Positions 37,863 through 48,273 of a DNA stretch of 64,000 nucleotides are shown here, in pieces. Every line of letters starts with the position of its first letter. The first letter of the stretch is position 1. The DNA is from Gillisia sp. (lineage in GTDB: Bacteria; Bacteroidota; Bacteroidia; Flavobacteriales; Flavobacteriaceae): assembly GCA_041752645.1 (NCBI GenBank), contig JBGSWA010000021.1:62-64061 (forward strand), read 5' to 3'. Position numbers and translations under genes: made by a program. The notes below the pieces were generated by a model that was given only the letters and a program-made list of their open reading frames with translations, had not been told where the DNA came from and searched no databases.

Positions 37863-39102
37863 TGTAGAGCGTTGGCAGGAGATATTTGAGGCGATCAGCA
37901 AAAATAAATTGCGAACGTTTCTAACCGGACTTTCGGTAGCTTCAGGGATATTTATTTTGGTGATCCTGTTGGGAATTGGGGAGGGAATGCGCAACGGGAT
38001 CTCCTCAGAGTTTGAGCAAGACGCGGCTAATATTCTATTTATCTGGACCGGTGCAACTTCAAAGGAATACAAGGGTCATAATCCGGGACGCCTTATCACC
38101 TTAAAAAATGACGACTACCATTATGTTACCACCAAATATAAAGATCAACTGGAGTATAAATCTTCAATCTATCGGATTTGGAACGGGGTGGTCAATTACA
38201 AAAAGGAATCTGGATCATACAGAGTAGAAGGGGTTTATCCCGATTATCAGTTTTTGGAAAATGCCAGCATGGTCTCTGGTCGTTTTATAAATTATAAGGA
38301 TCAGGATGATTATGAAAAGGTGGTGGTATTGGGTAATAAGGTGAGATCTGATCTTTTTAAAAACGGGGAAGATCCCATGGGAGAATACGTTCAAATCTCC
38401 AATATCAATTTTAAGGTAATCGGCGTTTTTTCCGATCCCGGTGGGGAACGGGAAGAGTCCAGGGTGTTTTTGCCTCTTTCTACCTCGCAAAGGGTATTTA
38501 ACGGTGGGAATGATATCAGACATCTTTCATTTACCCTGCAGAAAGAGGATAATTTTGAAGATGCCCTGGCGGCTTCAGAAAAATTTTCTTCAGAATTGGA
38601 ATCCCAATTAAAGGAAAAATACAGTATCGCCCCAGATGATACCAGGGCAATTACCATTAATAATTCCCTGGAAAATGCAAAAAGGTTTTATGATTTGATG
38701 AATATGATAAAATTCTTCTTTTGGGGGGTGGGCATTTGTACCATAATTGCCGGAATTGTAGGAGTGAGCAATATTATGCTGATTATAGTCAAGGAGCGAA
38801 CTCGCGAGATCGGGATTCGAAAAGCCCTGGGGGCCGAGCCTTTATCTATTATAGTTATGGTGCTTCACGAATCTATATTTGTTACAACGATCGCGGGTTT
38901 TACGGGGCTTATCTTTAGCCTGGCATTATTGGAATTTGTGGGGCCCTTAATTGAAACCCAATATATTTCAAACCCTTCAATAGATTTCAGTGTCGCCATT
39001 ACCACGGTATTTATTTTGATAATAGCCGGAGCCATAGCAGGATTTTTTCCTGCCTGGAAAGCCGCCCGTATAAAACCTATAGACGCTTTAAGAAACGAAT
39101 AA
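37855..39102 (+). CDS. ABC transporter permease (MacB/FtsX type)
   Basis: NKLRTFLTGL, large periplasmic domain, VKERTREIGIRKALGA, PAWKAARIKPIDALRNE. Confidence 0.93.
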   Translation: MFDVERWQEIFEAISKNKLRTFLTGLSVASGIFILVILLGIGEGMRNGISSEFEQDAANILFIWTGATSKEYKGHNPGRLITLKNDDYHYVTTKYKDQLEYKSSIYRIWNGVVNYKKESGSYRVEGVYPDYQFLENASMVSGRFINYKDQDDYEKVVVLGNKVRSDLFKNGEDPMGEYVQISNINFKVIGVFSDPGGEREESRVFLPLSTSQRVFNGGNDIRHLSFTLQKEDNFEDALAASEKFSSELESQLKEKYSIAPDDTRAITINNSLENAKRFYDLMNMIKFFFWGVGICTIIAGIVGVSNIMLIIVKERTREIGIRKALGAEPLSIIVMVLHESIFVTTIAGFTGLIFSLALLEFVGPLIETQYISNPSIDFSVAITTVFILIIAGAIAGFFPAWKAARIKPIDALRNE

Positions 39103-39103
39103 T

Positions 39104-40369
39104 ATGTTTAGCAAAGATACATGGAGTGAAATCCTTGAGGCGCTAACCGCAAACTGGTTCAGGACGCTGCTTACGGCCTTCGGGGTATTGTGGGGAATAT
39201 TTATCCTCGTTATTTTACTAGCGGCCGGCAAAGGCCTTGAAAATGGCGTAAAACAGGGTTTTGGAGGGATGGCCACTAATTCTATGTTTATGTGGACACA
39301 AACTCCTTCCAAACCATATAAAGGATTGCCAAAAGGACGGCGTTATAATTTTAAAACCGGAGATGTCGAAGCCATCAGGCAGAATGTGCCTAATTTGAGA
39401 TTTGTATCCCCCAGAAATCAATTGGGCGGATTTGGAGGTGCGAATAATGTGGTACGCGGACTTAAAACAGGAGCTTTTAATGTTTACGGGGATTATCCTG
39501 AGGTCATTAGGCAGGAGCCCATGGATATCACCTCTGGAAGGTTTATCAATTATTCTGATATCAATGATAACCGAAAAGTCGCCATCATCGGGGAAGGCGT
39601 TCAAAAAGATATGTACGAACCCGGAGAAGAGGTAATAGGAAGTTATATTAAAATTAACGGCGTAAATTTTATGGTCATAGGCACCTATAAAAAGAAGGGG
39701 AATAATGACAGGAATCCCGAAGAAGCCCAAAAGCAAATCTACGTGCCGTTCACAGCTTTTTCACAGGCATTTAATATGGGAGATACCGTGGGATGGATGG
39801 CTATTACAGCAAATGACGGAACCTCAATCACAGAATTGAAAACCCAGGTTTTTGACGTGATAAAATCCAGGCATTCAATTCATCCGGAGGATGAGCGCGC
39901 TATTGGCAGTTTCGATTTGTACGAAGAATTCAGCAAGATTAACGGGTTATTTGTCGCATTAAAGGCTGTGGCATATTTTGTGGGAATTTTAGTGTTGCTC
40001 TCCGGTATTATTGGAATCAGCAACATTATGCTCATTGTGGTTAAGGAGCGCACCAATGAAATTGGGATTCGCAGGGCCTTAGGGGCGACTCCCTGGTCCA
40101 TTCGCGGCCAGATCCTATTGGAATCCATTTTTCTGACCATTATTTCAGGGATGGCAGGAATTGCTTTGGCAACCGGAGTTATTGCATTGGTAAACAATCA
40201 GTTAAATGGAATGGATACTTCCGAGATGATGTTTGCAAACCCCAGTGTAGATTTAGGGGTAGTTTTTACGGCACTTTCAATTTTAATAATTTCAGGTTTG
40301 CTGGCAGGATTGATTCCGGCACAAAATGCCATAAAGGTGAAACCTGTAGATGCACTTAGAACAGAATAA
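39104..40369 (+). CDS. ABC transporter permease (MacB/FtsX type), second paralogue
   Basis: RTLLTAFGVLWGIF, VKERTNEIGIRRALGA, KVKPVDALRTE. Confidence 0.93.
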   Translation: MFSKDTWSEILEALTANWFRTLLTAFGVLWGIFILVILLAAGKGLENGVKQGFGGMATNSMFMWTQTPSKPYKGLPKGRRYNFKTGDVEAIRQNVPNLRFVSPRNQLGGFGGANNVVRGLKTGAFNVYGDYPEVIRQEPMDITSGRFINYSDINDNRKVAIIGEGVQKDMYEPGEEVIGSYIKINGVNFMVIGTYKKKGNNDRNPEEAQKQIYVPFTAFSQAFNMGDTVGWMAITANDGTSITELKTQVFDVIKSRHSIHPEDERAIGSFDLYEEFSKINGLFVALKAVAYFVGILVLLSGIIGISNIMLIVVKERTNEIGIRRALGATPWSIRGQILLESIFLTIISGMAGIALATGVIALVNNQLNGMDTSEMMFANPSVDLGVVFTALSILIISGLLAGLIPAQNAIKVKPVDALRTE

Positions 40370-40394
40370 ATAAAAATCAGATAATAATTTAAAG

Positions 40395-41513
40395 ATGAAA
40401 AAAACATTCACCATTATCACCCTGGTAGTTATAATGCTCACTTTCGTGGGCGCCTTATATTATCTATATCAAAAAAATCAGGAGGATCCTGTTGTTTATT
40501 TAACTGAAAAACCTTCCATCCAAACCATCGTCAAAAAAACCGTCGCCACCGGGAGCATCGTTCCCAGGGAAGAGGTGTTGATAAAACCAAATATTTCCGG
40601 GATTATTGATGAGATCTATATCAAAGCCGGGGATCGTGTTAAGGAGGGTGATTTAATAGCGAAGATCAGGGTAATTCCCAATGTGGGTTCACTGCAAAGT
40701 GCAAAAGACGCCGTGGCTACCTCAAAAATTAACCTGGATAATGAAAAGAAAAGCTTCGACAGGCAAAAAACTTTATTTGATAAAGGCGTGATCTCAGCAA
40801 ATGATTTTGATAATGCGGAAGTCGCTTTTAAACGTGCTCGACAATCTTATAGTTCTTCCCAGCAAAATTTCGAAATTGTCCGTACCGGGACCACCCGTGG
40901 TCTTGGGAGCGCAGCCAATACTTTAATCAGATCTACCATAGACGGAATGGTGTTGGATGTGCCTGTAAAAGCAGGGAACCAGGTTATTGAGAGCAATAAT
41001 TTTAATGATGGAACCACCATTGCCACGCTGGCTGATGTCAATAAGATGATATTTGAAGGCAAGGTTGATGAAAGCGAAGTTGGCAAGATCAAAGAAAGTC
41101 TTCCCCTTGAAATTACCGTGGGTGCCATTGAAAATAAAACTTTTGATGCCATCCTGGATTATATTGCACCAAAAGGAGTGAGTGAGAACGGGGCTATTCA
41201 GTTTAATATTAAGGGAACCCTCAATAAATCGGATACTACATTTATACGTGCCGGATTGAGTGCAAACGCATCAATAATCCTCGCAAAGGTAGAGGATGCC
41301 CTTGCCATTAATGAAGCTCTGGTTCAATTTGATCCTAAAACCCAGCAACCTTTTGTTGAAGTTGAAACAGGAGAGCAACAGTTTAATCGCCAGGAAATTG
41401 AAATGGGAGTTAGTGACGGGATCAATGTTCAGGTTTTAAAAGGTATTTCTAAGGATGATAAAATTAAAATTTGGAATCAGTTAAAAGCGGTGCAAGCCTT
41501 ATCAGGAAATTAG
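40395..41513 (+). CDS. Efflux periplasmic adaptor (MacA-like membrane fusion protein)
   Basis: TM anchor, VATGSIVP...IKPNISGII, coiled coil, IRSTIDGMVL, GKVDESEVGKI. Confidence 0.92.
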   Translation: MKKTFTIITLVVIMLTFVGALYYLYQKNQEDPVVYLTEKPSIQTIVKKTVATGSIVPREEVLIKPNISGIIDEIYIKAGDRVKEGDLIAKIRVIPNVGSLQSAKDAVATSKINLDNEKKSFDRQKTLFDKGVISANDFDNAEVAFKRARQSYSSSQQNFEIVRTGTTRGLGSAANTLIRSTIDGMVLDVPVKAGNQVIESNNFNDGTTIATLADVNKMIFEGKVDESEVGKIKESLPLEITVGAIENKTFDAILDYIAPKGVSENGAIQFNIKGTLNKSDTTFIRAGLSANASIILAKVEDALAINEALVQFDPKTQQPFVEVETGEQQFNRQEIEMGVSDGINVQVLKGISKDDKIKIWNQLKAVQALSGN

Positions 41514-41526
41514 AATTTAACTTTTT

Positions 41527-41553
41527 TGTAACAACTCAGCACTTTGTTAGACC
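41527..41553 (+). promoter_or_regulatory. ECF-sigma-like promoter candidate (TGTAAC-N17-GACC) of tolC
   Basis: Same -35 hexamer and spacing as 37076-37102; 20 nt before the ATG. Confidence 0.45.
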
Positions 41554-41573
41554 TATCATTTACAATCTAAACT

Positions 41574-42905
41574 ATGAAAAAATCAGTTTTACTTATCTTA
41601 GCTTTTCTTTTCTCAATTACTTTCCAGGCACAGCAAAAAAAATGGAGCCTTCAGCAATGTGTGGTTTATGCCTTAGAAAACAATATTTCCATCAAACAAT
41701 CCACACTTGACATAGAAGCGGCGGATATCGATCGCAGGGATGCTATTGGTAATTTTATTCCATCATTTAACATTCAATCCAGTTTATCCAGCAACGGAGG
41801 ATTGAGTATAAATCCTACAAATAACCGGTTTGAAAATACCAGGTTCACCTCTTTTTCAAGCGGTGCGAGCAGTTCCATTACCTTATTTGACGGATTACGT
41901 AACTTAAGACAGCTTCAACGCGCAAAATTATCGCAATTATCGAGTCAGTATTCCCTGGAATTAATGAAAGATAATATTGCCTTATTTGTCGCTAATGCAT
42001 ATTTGACCGTGCTTTTTAACAAACAGAGCCTCGTGGTTTTAAAAACCCAGAACCTTGTGACCAATGACCAGTTAAAAAGGACCACAGAACTTGTTGATGC
42101 AGGGGTTTTGCCAAAAGGGGATCTTTTGGAAATTGAAGCCACCAATGCCGATGAACAACAACGAATTATAGTAGCCGAAAATACAATTCAGATCTCCCTG
42201 ATCAGTTTAGCGCAAACCCTTTTGATCAAGGATTATCAAAATTTTGATATTTCAGAAGATGATTACGATGTTTATGGAAATGAAATATTGATGCAATCTC
42301 CGTATGATTTGATCGCTAAGGCGAAAGAGGAACGTTATGAAATTAAAATTGCAGAAGAAAATAAAAGTATAGCTGAAAAAGATGTGCAGTTGGCTCGTGG
42401 AGCCTATTATCCTACTCTTACGGGATTTTATAACTACAATACCAGGTATGCCGATAATGATTCCTTTAATCGAGATTTCAGAACTCAGCTCTATGAAAAT
42501 GATGGTACTTCTTATGGTTTGCAATTGAATATCCCGGTTTTAAATGGTTTTGCAGCCCGAAATCAGGTGCAAAGAAATCAGATCAATGTAAAGAGAGCTG
42601 AATTTCAACTGGAACAAGCAGAACTTGATCTTGAAGCTGATGTGTATCAGGCCTATGTAGATGCCCAAGGCGCACTAAAGGCTTATGAGGCAGCAAGAGT
42701 TGCCCTAAGTGCACAGGAGCAAGCCTATGCCTACGCAATCGAAAGGTTCAACGTAGGGCTTACCAATGCCTTCGATTTTAGCCAGGCAAAATCCAGACTT
42801 GAAATTGCTCAAACAGAAGTAGTACGTACTAAATACGATTATATATTTAAATTAAAAGTGATCGAGTTATACTTTGGAATCCCTGTAACCGATCTTAAAT
42901 TTTAG
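41574..42905 (+). CDS. TolC-family outer membrane efflux protein
   Basis: Signal peptide, WSLQQCVVYALENNISI, two helical repeats, ERFNVG, KYDYIFKLKVIELYFG. Confidence 0.93.
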   Translation: MKKSVLLILAFLFSITFQAQQKKWSLQQCVVYALENNISIKQSTLDIEAADIDRRDAIGNFIPSFNIQSSLSSNGGLSINPTNNRFENTRFTSFSSGASSSITLFDGLRNLRQLQRAKLSQLSSQYSLELMKDNIALFVANAYLTVLFNKQSLVVLKTQNLVTNDQLKRTTELVDAGVLPKGDLLEIEATNADEQQRIIVAENTIQISLISLAQTLLIKDYQNFDISEDDYDVYGNEILMQSPYDLIAKAKEERYEIKIAEENKSIAEKDVQLARGAYYPTLTGFYNYNTRYADNDSFNRDFRTQLYENDGTSYGLQLNIPVLNGFAARNQVQRNQINVKRAEFQLEQAELDLEADVYQAYVDAQGALKAYEAARVALSAQEQAYAYAIERFNVGLTNAFDFSQAKSRLEIAQTEVVRTKYDYIFKLKVIELYFGIPVTDLKF

Positions 42906-42908
42906 AAA

Positions 42909-44177
42909 ATGAAGAAAAAAACACTACTTATTATTGGTGTAATTGCAGTTGCAGTAATTGTGCTTTTGGTCGCGGGCAAAAAAGCAGGTTGGTTTGGCGC
43001 TTCCGGAAATGTAAAAGAGGTTGATTTCGCAAAAATTGAACTAATCCAAATTGTTGAAAAGGTATCGGCTACCGGAAAGATACAGCCGGAAATAGAGGTT
43101 AAACTGTCTTCTGAGGTTTCTGGGGAAATTATAGAACTCCCTGTAGTTGAGGGACAAATGGTTGAAAAGGGAGATTTGCTGGTGCGTATCAACCCCGATC
43201 TCTACCAATCCAGTTTACAACGATCCCGGGCAGGTTTGCAAAATGTAAAGGCGAATTACGCACAGTCCGAGGCAAGCCTGAGGGAAGCAACATCCAATTA
43301 CGACCGCAATAAGACTTTATTTGAGAAGGGAGTCATCTCAAAATCGGAATGGGACAGGATAGTTGCAGCATATGAAGTAGCAGAGGCCTCCAAGAACGCT
43401 GCCTATTACGGAATGCAAAGCGCCGCAGCAACAGTTACAGAGGCTACAGATAATCTTGCCAGGACAACTATTTATTCTCCTATGCGCGGTACTATTTCAA
43501 AACTGGATGTGGAATTGGGAGAACGGGTGGTAGGGACACAGCAAATGGCGGGAACCGAAATATTAAGGGTTGCCAATTTGTCCAATATGGAAGTGGAAGT
43601 TGATGTAAACGAAAATGATATTGTTAAAGTTAGCGTTGGGGATTCCACTGTAGTGGAGGTCGATGCATATTTAAAAAGAGAATTTAAAGGGGTGGTTACC
43701 CAAATTTCAAATTCAGCCATTGCGGGTTTAACAGCTGATCAGGTTACCAACTTCAAGGTAAAAGTCAGAATTTTGGAGTCTTCATACAGCGATCTTCGGG
43801 AAGGAAAACCAGAAAATTTCTCCCCCTTCAGACCGGGAATGACCGCTACGGTGGATATAATTACCAGAAAGAAAAATGATATAATTGGGGTTCCCATCAG
43901 CGCGATAGTCATAAAAAGCGACACCACTTCAACCCCGCCGGCATCCAAAGCTCTTGCAATTTCTGATGAAAAATTTGAAGCTGTTTTTGTGAAAGAAGGG
44001 AATAAGGCTAGCTTGCGTGTTATTACAACCGGAATACAGGACAACCAGAATATCGAGGTCCTATCTGGATTGAAAGTTGGAGAAGAGGTGATAACCGGAC
44101 CGTATAATACCGTTACCAAAACATTAAAAGACGGGGACGAGGTCATTCTTTTAAAAGAGGAAGACCCTTCAGAATAA
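42909..44177 (+). CDS. Second efflux periplasmic adaptor (MacA-like)
   Basis: VSATGKIQPEIEVKLSSEVSGEI, TIYSPMRGTI, VDVNENDIVKV, RPGMTA. Confidence 0.92.
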   Translation: MKKKTLLIIGVIAVAVIVLLVAGKKAGWFGASGNVKEVDFAKIELIQIVEKVSATGKIQPEIEVKLSSEVSGEIIELPVVEGQMVEKGDLLVRINPDLYQSSLQRSRAGLQNVKANYAQSEASLREATSNYDRNKTLFEKGVISKSEWDRIVAAYEVAEASKNAAYYGMQSAAATVTEATDNLARTTIYSPMRGTISKLDVELGERVVGTQQMAGTEILRVANLSNMEVEVDVNENDIVKVSVGDSTVVEVDAYLKREFKGVVTQISNSAIAGLTADQVTNFKVKVRILESSYSDLREGKPENFSPFRPGMTATVDIITRKKNDIIGVPISAIVIKSDTTSTPPASKALAISDEKFEAVFVKEGNKASLRVITTGIQDNQNIEVLSGLKVGEEVITGPYNTVTKTLKDGDEVILLKEEDPSE

Positions 44178-44211
44178 ATTCAGCAAAAATCAGCAGTGTA
44201 AAGAAGATTCA

Positions 44212-44877
44212 ATGTTGCCTACAATACTTTGTATAGAAACAGCTACCACCAATTGCTCGGTTGCAATTGCCTATAACGGCAAAATCCTTGCAGTTAAAGA
44301 AGATTATAACGACAGTTATTCACACGCTGAAAAACTTCATCTGTTTATTCAGGAAATTCTAGTGGAGAATAATTTAAAACTCTCAAACCTAAATGCGGTT
44401 GCCATTAGCAAGGGTCCGGGATCTTATACCGGCTTGCGCATTGGGGTTTCAGCAGCCAAAGGCCTTTGTTTTTCCCTTGATATCCCTCTTATCTCGGTGC
44501 CAACCTTGACTGCGTTGGCCAATCAGGTAGAGCGAGAGGGCTATGTGATCCCGATGTTGGATGCCCGAAGAATGGAGGTGTATGCCGCAGTTTTTAATTC
44601 AGGGGAGGAGAGGGAGCAGCTCTTAAAGACTTCCGCCATCATTTTGAATCCGGATTCATTTCGGGGATATCTGGAAAGGGATCAGGTTTATTTTATTGGA
44701 AGTGGAGTGGAAAAGTTCCAGAAGATTTGCGGGCATCCCAATGCAAATTTTATTGAAAATAAGCTACCCTCGGCCAGGGAAATGATAGAAATAGCGGTTG
44801 CCAAATACAAAATAGGCGACTTTGAAAATGTCGCCTATTTTGAACCTTATTATTTAAAGGATTTTATCGCTGGATAA
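44212..44877 (+). CDS. tsaB: tRNA threonylcarbamoyladenosine biosynthesis protein TsaB
   Basis: ILCIETAT, HAEKL, GPGSYTGLRIG, PMLDARRMEVY, EPYYLK. Confidence 0.96.
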   Translation: MLPTILCIETATTNCSVAIAYNGKILAVKEDYNDSYSHAEKLHLFIQEILVENNLKLSNLNAVAISKGPGSYTGLRIGVSAAKGLCFSLDIPLISVPTLTALANQVEREGYVIPMLDARRMEVYAAVFNSGEEREQLLKTSAIILNPDSFRGYLERDQVYFIGSGVEKFQKICGHPNANFIENKLPSAREMIEIAVAKYKIGDFENVAYFEPYYLKDFIAG

Positions 44878-44879
44878 TT

Positions 44880-45734
44880 TTAGTTCTTGGGGTCGCTTTT
44901 TTCTTCTTCTGAATGATTAAAAAGATGAACATCACGCTGTGGGAATGGAATTCCAATTCCTGCGGCTTCCAGCCTTGTTTTGGATTCTTCAATTGTAAAC
45001 CAGTGGCATTTCCAGAAGTCGTCGTTTAAGGCCCAGAATCTCAAAGAAAGATTTACTGAGCTATCGGCCAGTTCGGTTACCACAACCTCAGGAGCGGGGT
45101 CTTTCATTACTCCTTCCTGTTCCTCCAATAATTTCATAAGGACATCTCTTGCAAGTTTTATATTGCTGTTGTATGAAATTCCAATTGTAATGGCATCTTT
45201 TCGCTTACCTTCTTCGGTGTAATTTATAATATTGTTATTGGTCAATTGCCCATTGGGAATAATAGCCAATTGGTTGCCAAAAGTGTTTAGTTTGGTATAA
45301 AATAATGAGGTTTCTTTTACGGTTCCGGAAACTCCCTGTGCTTCAATAAAATCTCCCACCCTAAATGGCTTCAAGCTAATAATTAAAACTCCTCCTGCAA
45401 AATTTGACAGGGAACCTTGAAGGGCAAGACCGATTGCAAGACCTGCGGCACCAACAATTGCAATTAGAGAGGTTGTCTCAACCCCAAGTTGGCTGATCAC
45501 CACTATAAATAAAAGAATTTTTAAACTCCAGTTCAAGAGGCTTGTAATAAAATTTTCAAGAGTTGGATCATAATCTGTTTTATCAAAGATCTTTTTAACA
45601 TAGCCCACAATAAATTTAATAACCCACCAACCAATGAATAATATCAAGAGCGATGAGACCAAGGCTGGTAAGAAATCAATGAATTTATCACCGTATAAGG
45701 TTGCGTAATCCTGCCAATTTTTAATTTGATCCAT
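44880..45734 (-). CDS. mscS: Small-conductance mechanosensitive channel
   Basis: GAAGLAIGLALQGSLSNFAGG, PFRVGDFIE, IPNG, GIPFPQRDVH; ATG at 45734 preferred. Confidence 0.93.
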   Translation of the reverse strand: MDQIKNWQDYATLYGDKFIDFLPALVSSLLILFIGWWVIKFIVGYVKKIFDKTDYDPTLENFITSLLNWSLKILLFIVVISQLGVETTSLIAIVGAAGLAIGLALQGSLSNFAGGVLIISLKPFRVGDFIEAQGVSGTVKETSLFYTKLNTFGNQLAIIPNGQLTNNNIINYTEEGKRKDAITIGISYNSNIKLARDVLMKLLEEQEGVMKDPAPEVVVTELADSSVNLSLRFWALNDDFWKCHWFTIEESKTRLEAAGIGIPFPQRDVHLFNHSEEEKSDPKN

Positions 45735-45804
45735 AATTTTTTTTTTGCAAATGAAGGTTTTTTGCAATAATAAGAAAAAATTCTAATGCTTAAATTTCGT
45801 TAAA

Positions 45805-47844
45805 TTATTTAATTAATTTCAGGCATTCCGTTACAGAATGCACCGGTAGCTGGCAGGTCCCATCGACACAAACATAAATTAGATTTCCCCCGGGTTTAAA
45901 ACGGTTTTTGGTGAGAGGACGGGAATTGTCCAGTTTGGTGGTGCCATCTATAATAGTATATGGTAAGTACGCCCTGTGCAATTCATGAATTAACTCAACA
46001 GCATTTTCCCCGGTTACCACAATTTCATAAAAGGCATGGGTTAAATTCAGTTTTAAATCCAACCAGTTTGAATATCCTTGTGGATATTCCTTAATTTGTC
46101 CGTTAATTTTTGAGAGCATATTCTTTGAGAGTTTGAAAAAATCTTCATTTTCGAAATATTTGGATAAGATGAACAGGTTTTTTGCCATCACCGAATTGGA
46201 AGAGGGGATCACATTATCTGTATAGTCAATATTCCTGGTTATTAAAGGCCGGTCCTTATCTGAAGTAAAATAAAACATTTGGACCTTTTTTTCGTAAAAA
46301 TGAAGTATGCTGTAATCAGCCAGTTCTTTTGATGTCTGCAGCCATTTCTTATCCAAGCATACCTGGTATAGGTATAGGAATGCGGCAGCTACAAAGGAAT
46401 AATCCTCCAGATATCCATTGATGCGGCTTTCTCCATTTTTAAAGGTATGATGAAGACTGCCATCGGGTTGTAATAAATTTTCCAGAATAAAATTTGCGTT
46501 TTTCAGAGCCGTTTCCAGATATTCTGGAATATTTAAGGCCTTATAGGCATCCAGATATCCAGAGAGCATCAGCGCATTCCAGGAGGTGATTTGCTTATCG
46601 TCCAACCGAGGTTTATCCCTTTTATTTCGATATTTTTTCAAAATTTCCTGCCAATTTTTTTTCTTCTGAAGTAATTTTTCTTCGGGAATATGATGTTTCT
46701 TGGATATTTCAGAATCGCTCTGAGTCCTTATCAGGACATATTTTTCACCTTCCCATTTTCCCAGGGTATTGATGTTGTAATAATCTGAAAACAAATCAAA
46801 ATCATCTTTAAATAGCTTTTTCAGCTCGGATGGTTCCCAGGAATAAAAGACGCCTTCTTCCAGTACTCCTTTTGAATTCAAACTGTCGGCATCCAGAGAG
46901 GAATAGAATGCGCCGGAAGAATCAGTGAGGTTTTCCTTTACAAACTGAAGGCTTTGATTCACCACTTCCCTGTACCAATTATTTTTTGTATTGCTATAGG
47001 CAGAGCTGAAAAGGCTCACCAACTGAGCATTGTCATAGAGCATCTTTTCGAAATGAGGGACATGCCATCGCACATCTACAGAATATCTCGAAAAACCCCC
47101 GTCAATTGGATCGTAAATCCCCCCGTATGATATTTTTTTCAAACTGTGCATTACATATTTTTTCAACTCCGGGTACTTATTTTGTTCAGAATAACGAAGT
47201 AAAAACTGGAAAACGGAGGGTATAATAAATTTTGGGGCCTGACGGCTGCCACCGTATTCCTTGTCAAAATCCAGTTCCCATTTTTTTAGGAGCGGGACAA
47301 AATCTTCTTTTAAAAATTCTTTGGACAAACCACTTTCCGGGATCAATTGCATTTGCTTTAATCCATCCTCCAGTTTGCCCGCATAGTCGTACATTTTTTC
47401 TGGATCCTTTTCATAAAGATCGGCTATTTGGCCAAGAGAACTTTTCCATTGGTCCTTTCTAAAATAAGTACCACCCCATACCGGGCGACCATCTGGAAGA
47501 GCAACCACATTCAGTGGCCAACCGCCTCTTCCTGTCATGAGTTGTATCGCATTCATATAAGCCTGATCTACATCCGGACGTTCCTCGCGATCTACTTTTA
47601 TATTGATAAAACCTGCATTCATTATTTCTGCCACAGCTTCGTCTTCAAAACTTTCTTTTTCCATCACGTGGCACCAATGGCAGGCCGCATAACCAACGCT
47701 TATGAGGAGCAATTTGTTTTCAGCCTTTGCCCGCTCCAGAGTTTCATCATTCCAGGGAAACCAGTTCACTGGATTATGAGCGTGTTGCAGCAAATAAGGA
47801 CTGTTCTCCTTTATCAGGGCGTTGGTGTGGGTATGGCGGTTCAT
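45805..47844 (-). CDS. Thioredoxin domain plus six-hairpin glycosidase-like protein (YyaL/SPATA20 family)
   Basis: [61 protein letters not shown]. Confidence 0.92.
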   Translation of the reverse strand: MNRHTHTNALIKENSPYLLQHAHNPVNWFPWNDETLERAKAENKLLLISVGYAACHWCHVMEKESFEDEAVAEIMNAGFINIKVDREERPDVDQAYMNAIQLMTGRGGWPLNVVALPDGRPVWGGTYFRKDQWKSSLGQIADLYEKDPEKMYDYAGKLEDGLKQMQLIPESGLSKEFLKEDFVPLLKKWELDFDKEYGGSRQAPKFIIPSVFQFLLRYSEQNKYPELKKYVMHSLKKISYGGIYDPIDGGFSRYSVDVRWHVPHFEKMLYDNAQLVSLFSSAYSNTKNNWYREVVNQSLQFVKENLTDSSGAFYSSLDADSLNSKGVLEEGVFYSWEPSELKKLFKDDFDLFSDYYNINTLGKWEGEKYVLIRTQSDSEISKKHHIPEEKLLQKKKNWQEILKKYRNKRDKPRLDDKQITSWNALMLSGYLDAYKALNIPEYLETALKNANFILENLLQPDGSLHHTFKNGESRINGYLEDYSFVAAAFLYLYQVCLDKKWLQTSKELADYSILHFYEKKVQMFYFTSDKDRPLITRNIDYTDNVIPSSNSVMAKNLFILSKYFENEDFFKLSKNMLSKINGQIKEYPQGYSNWLDLKLNLTHAFYEIVVTGENAVELIHELHRAYLPYTIIDGTTKLDNSRPLTKNRFKPGGNLIYVCVDGTCQLPVHSVTECLKLIK

Positions 47845-47889
47845 AAGGACGTTTTAGGGTAAATATGCAGTATTTCTTGGTATAAATGA

Positions 47890-47914
47890 AAAGCTCCCCA
47901 CACGGGGGAGCTTT
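47890..47914 (-). terminator. Intrinsic terminator of the dodecin gene
   Basis: Perfect 10-bp stem aaagctcccc / ggggagcttt with 5-nt loop, followed by T-rich sequence on the minus strand. Confidence 0.75.
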
Positions 47915-47934
47915 GAAAGCTTAACTAAATAATT

Positions 47935-48135
47935 TTATACTACTTCAAAGGAAATTTTTACATTGACCCTGTACTCGGTAATATTTTCACCGATAACAAC
48001 GGCTGTTTGTTCCTGCACATAAACCGATTTGATATTTTTAATTGTTTTTGCGGCGTGGGTTACTGCATTTTGGGCCGCATCTTCCCACCCTTTTTTGGAA
48101 TTTGCCAAGAGCTCTACAACTTTAATTACTGACAT
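47935..48135 (-). CDS. Dodecin-family (flavin-binding) protein
   Basis: 66 aa; KVVELLANSKKGWEDAAQNAV...YRVNVKISF. Confidence 0.9.
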   Translation of the reverse strand: MSVIKVVELLANSKKGWEDAAQNAVTHAAKTIKNIKSVYVQEQTAVVIGENITEYRVNVKISFEVV

Positions 48136-48273
48136 AATTTTTTGATTTTACAATTAATAACTATGAAGATACAAAAAATTGGATGCCAGTTTTAAAAGTT
48201 TTGTTAAATGAAAGGAAAAAACAACCTCTAAAAACAATTTCGAAAGGTAAATTTTAAGGGGGGCCTACAAGTG

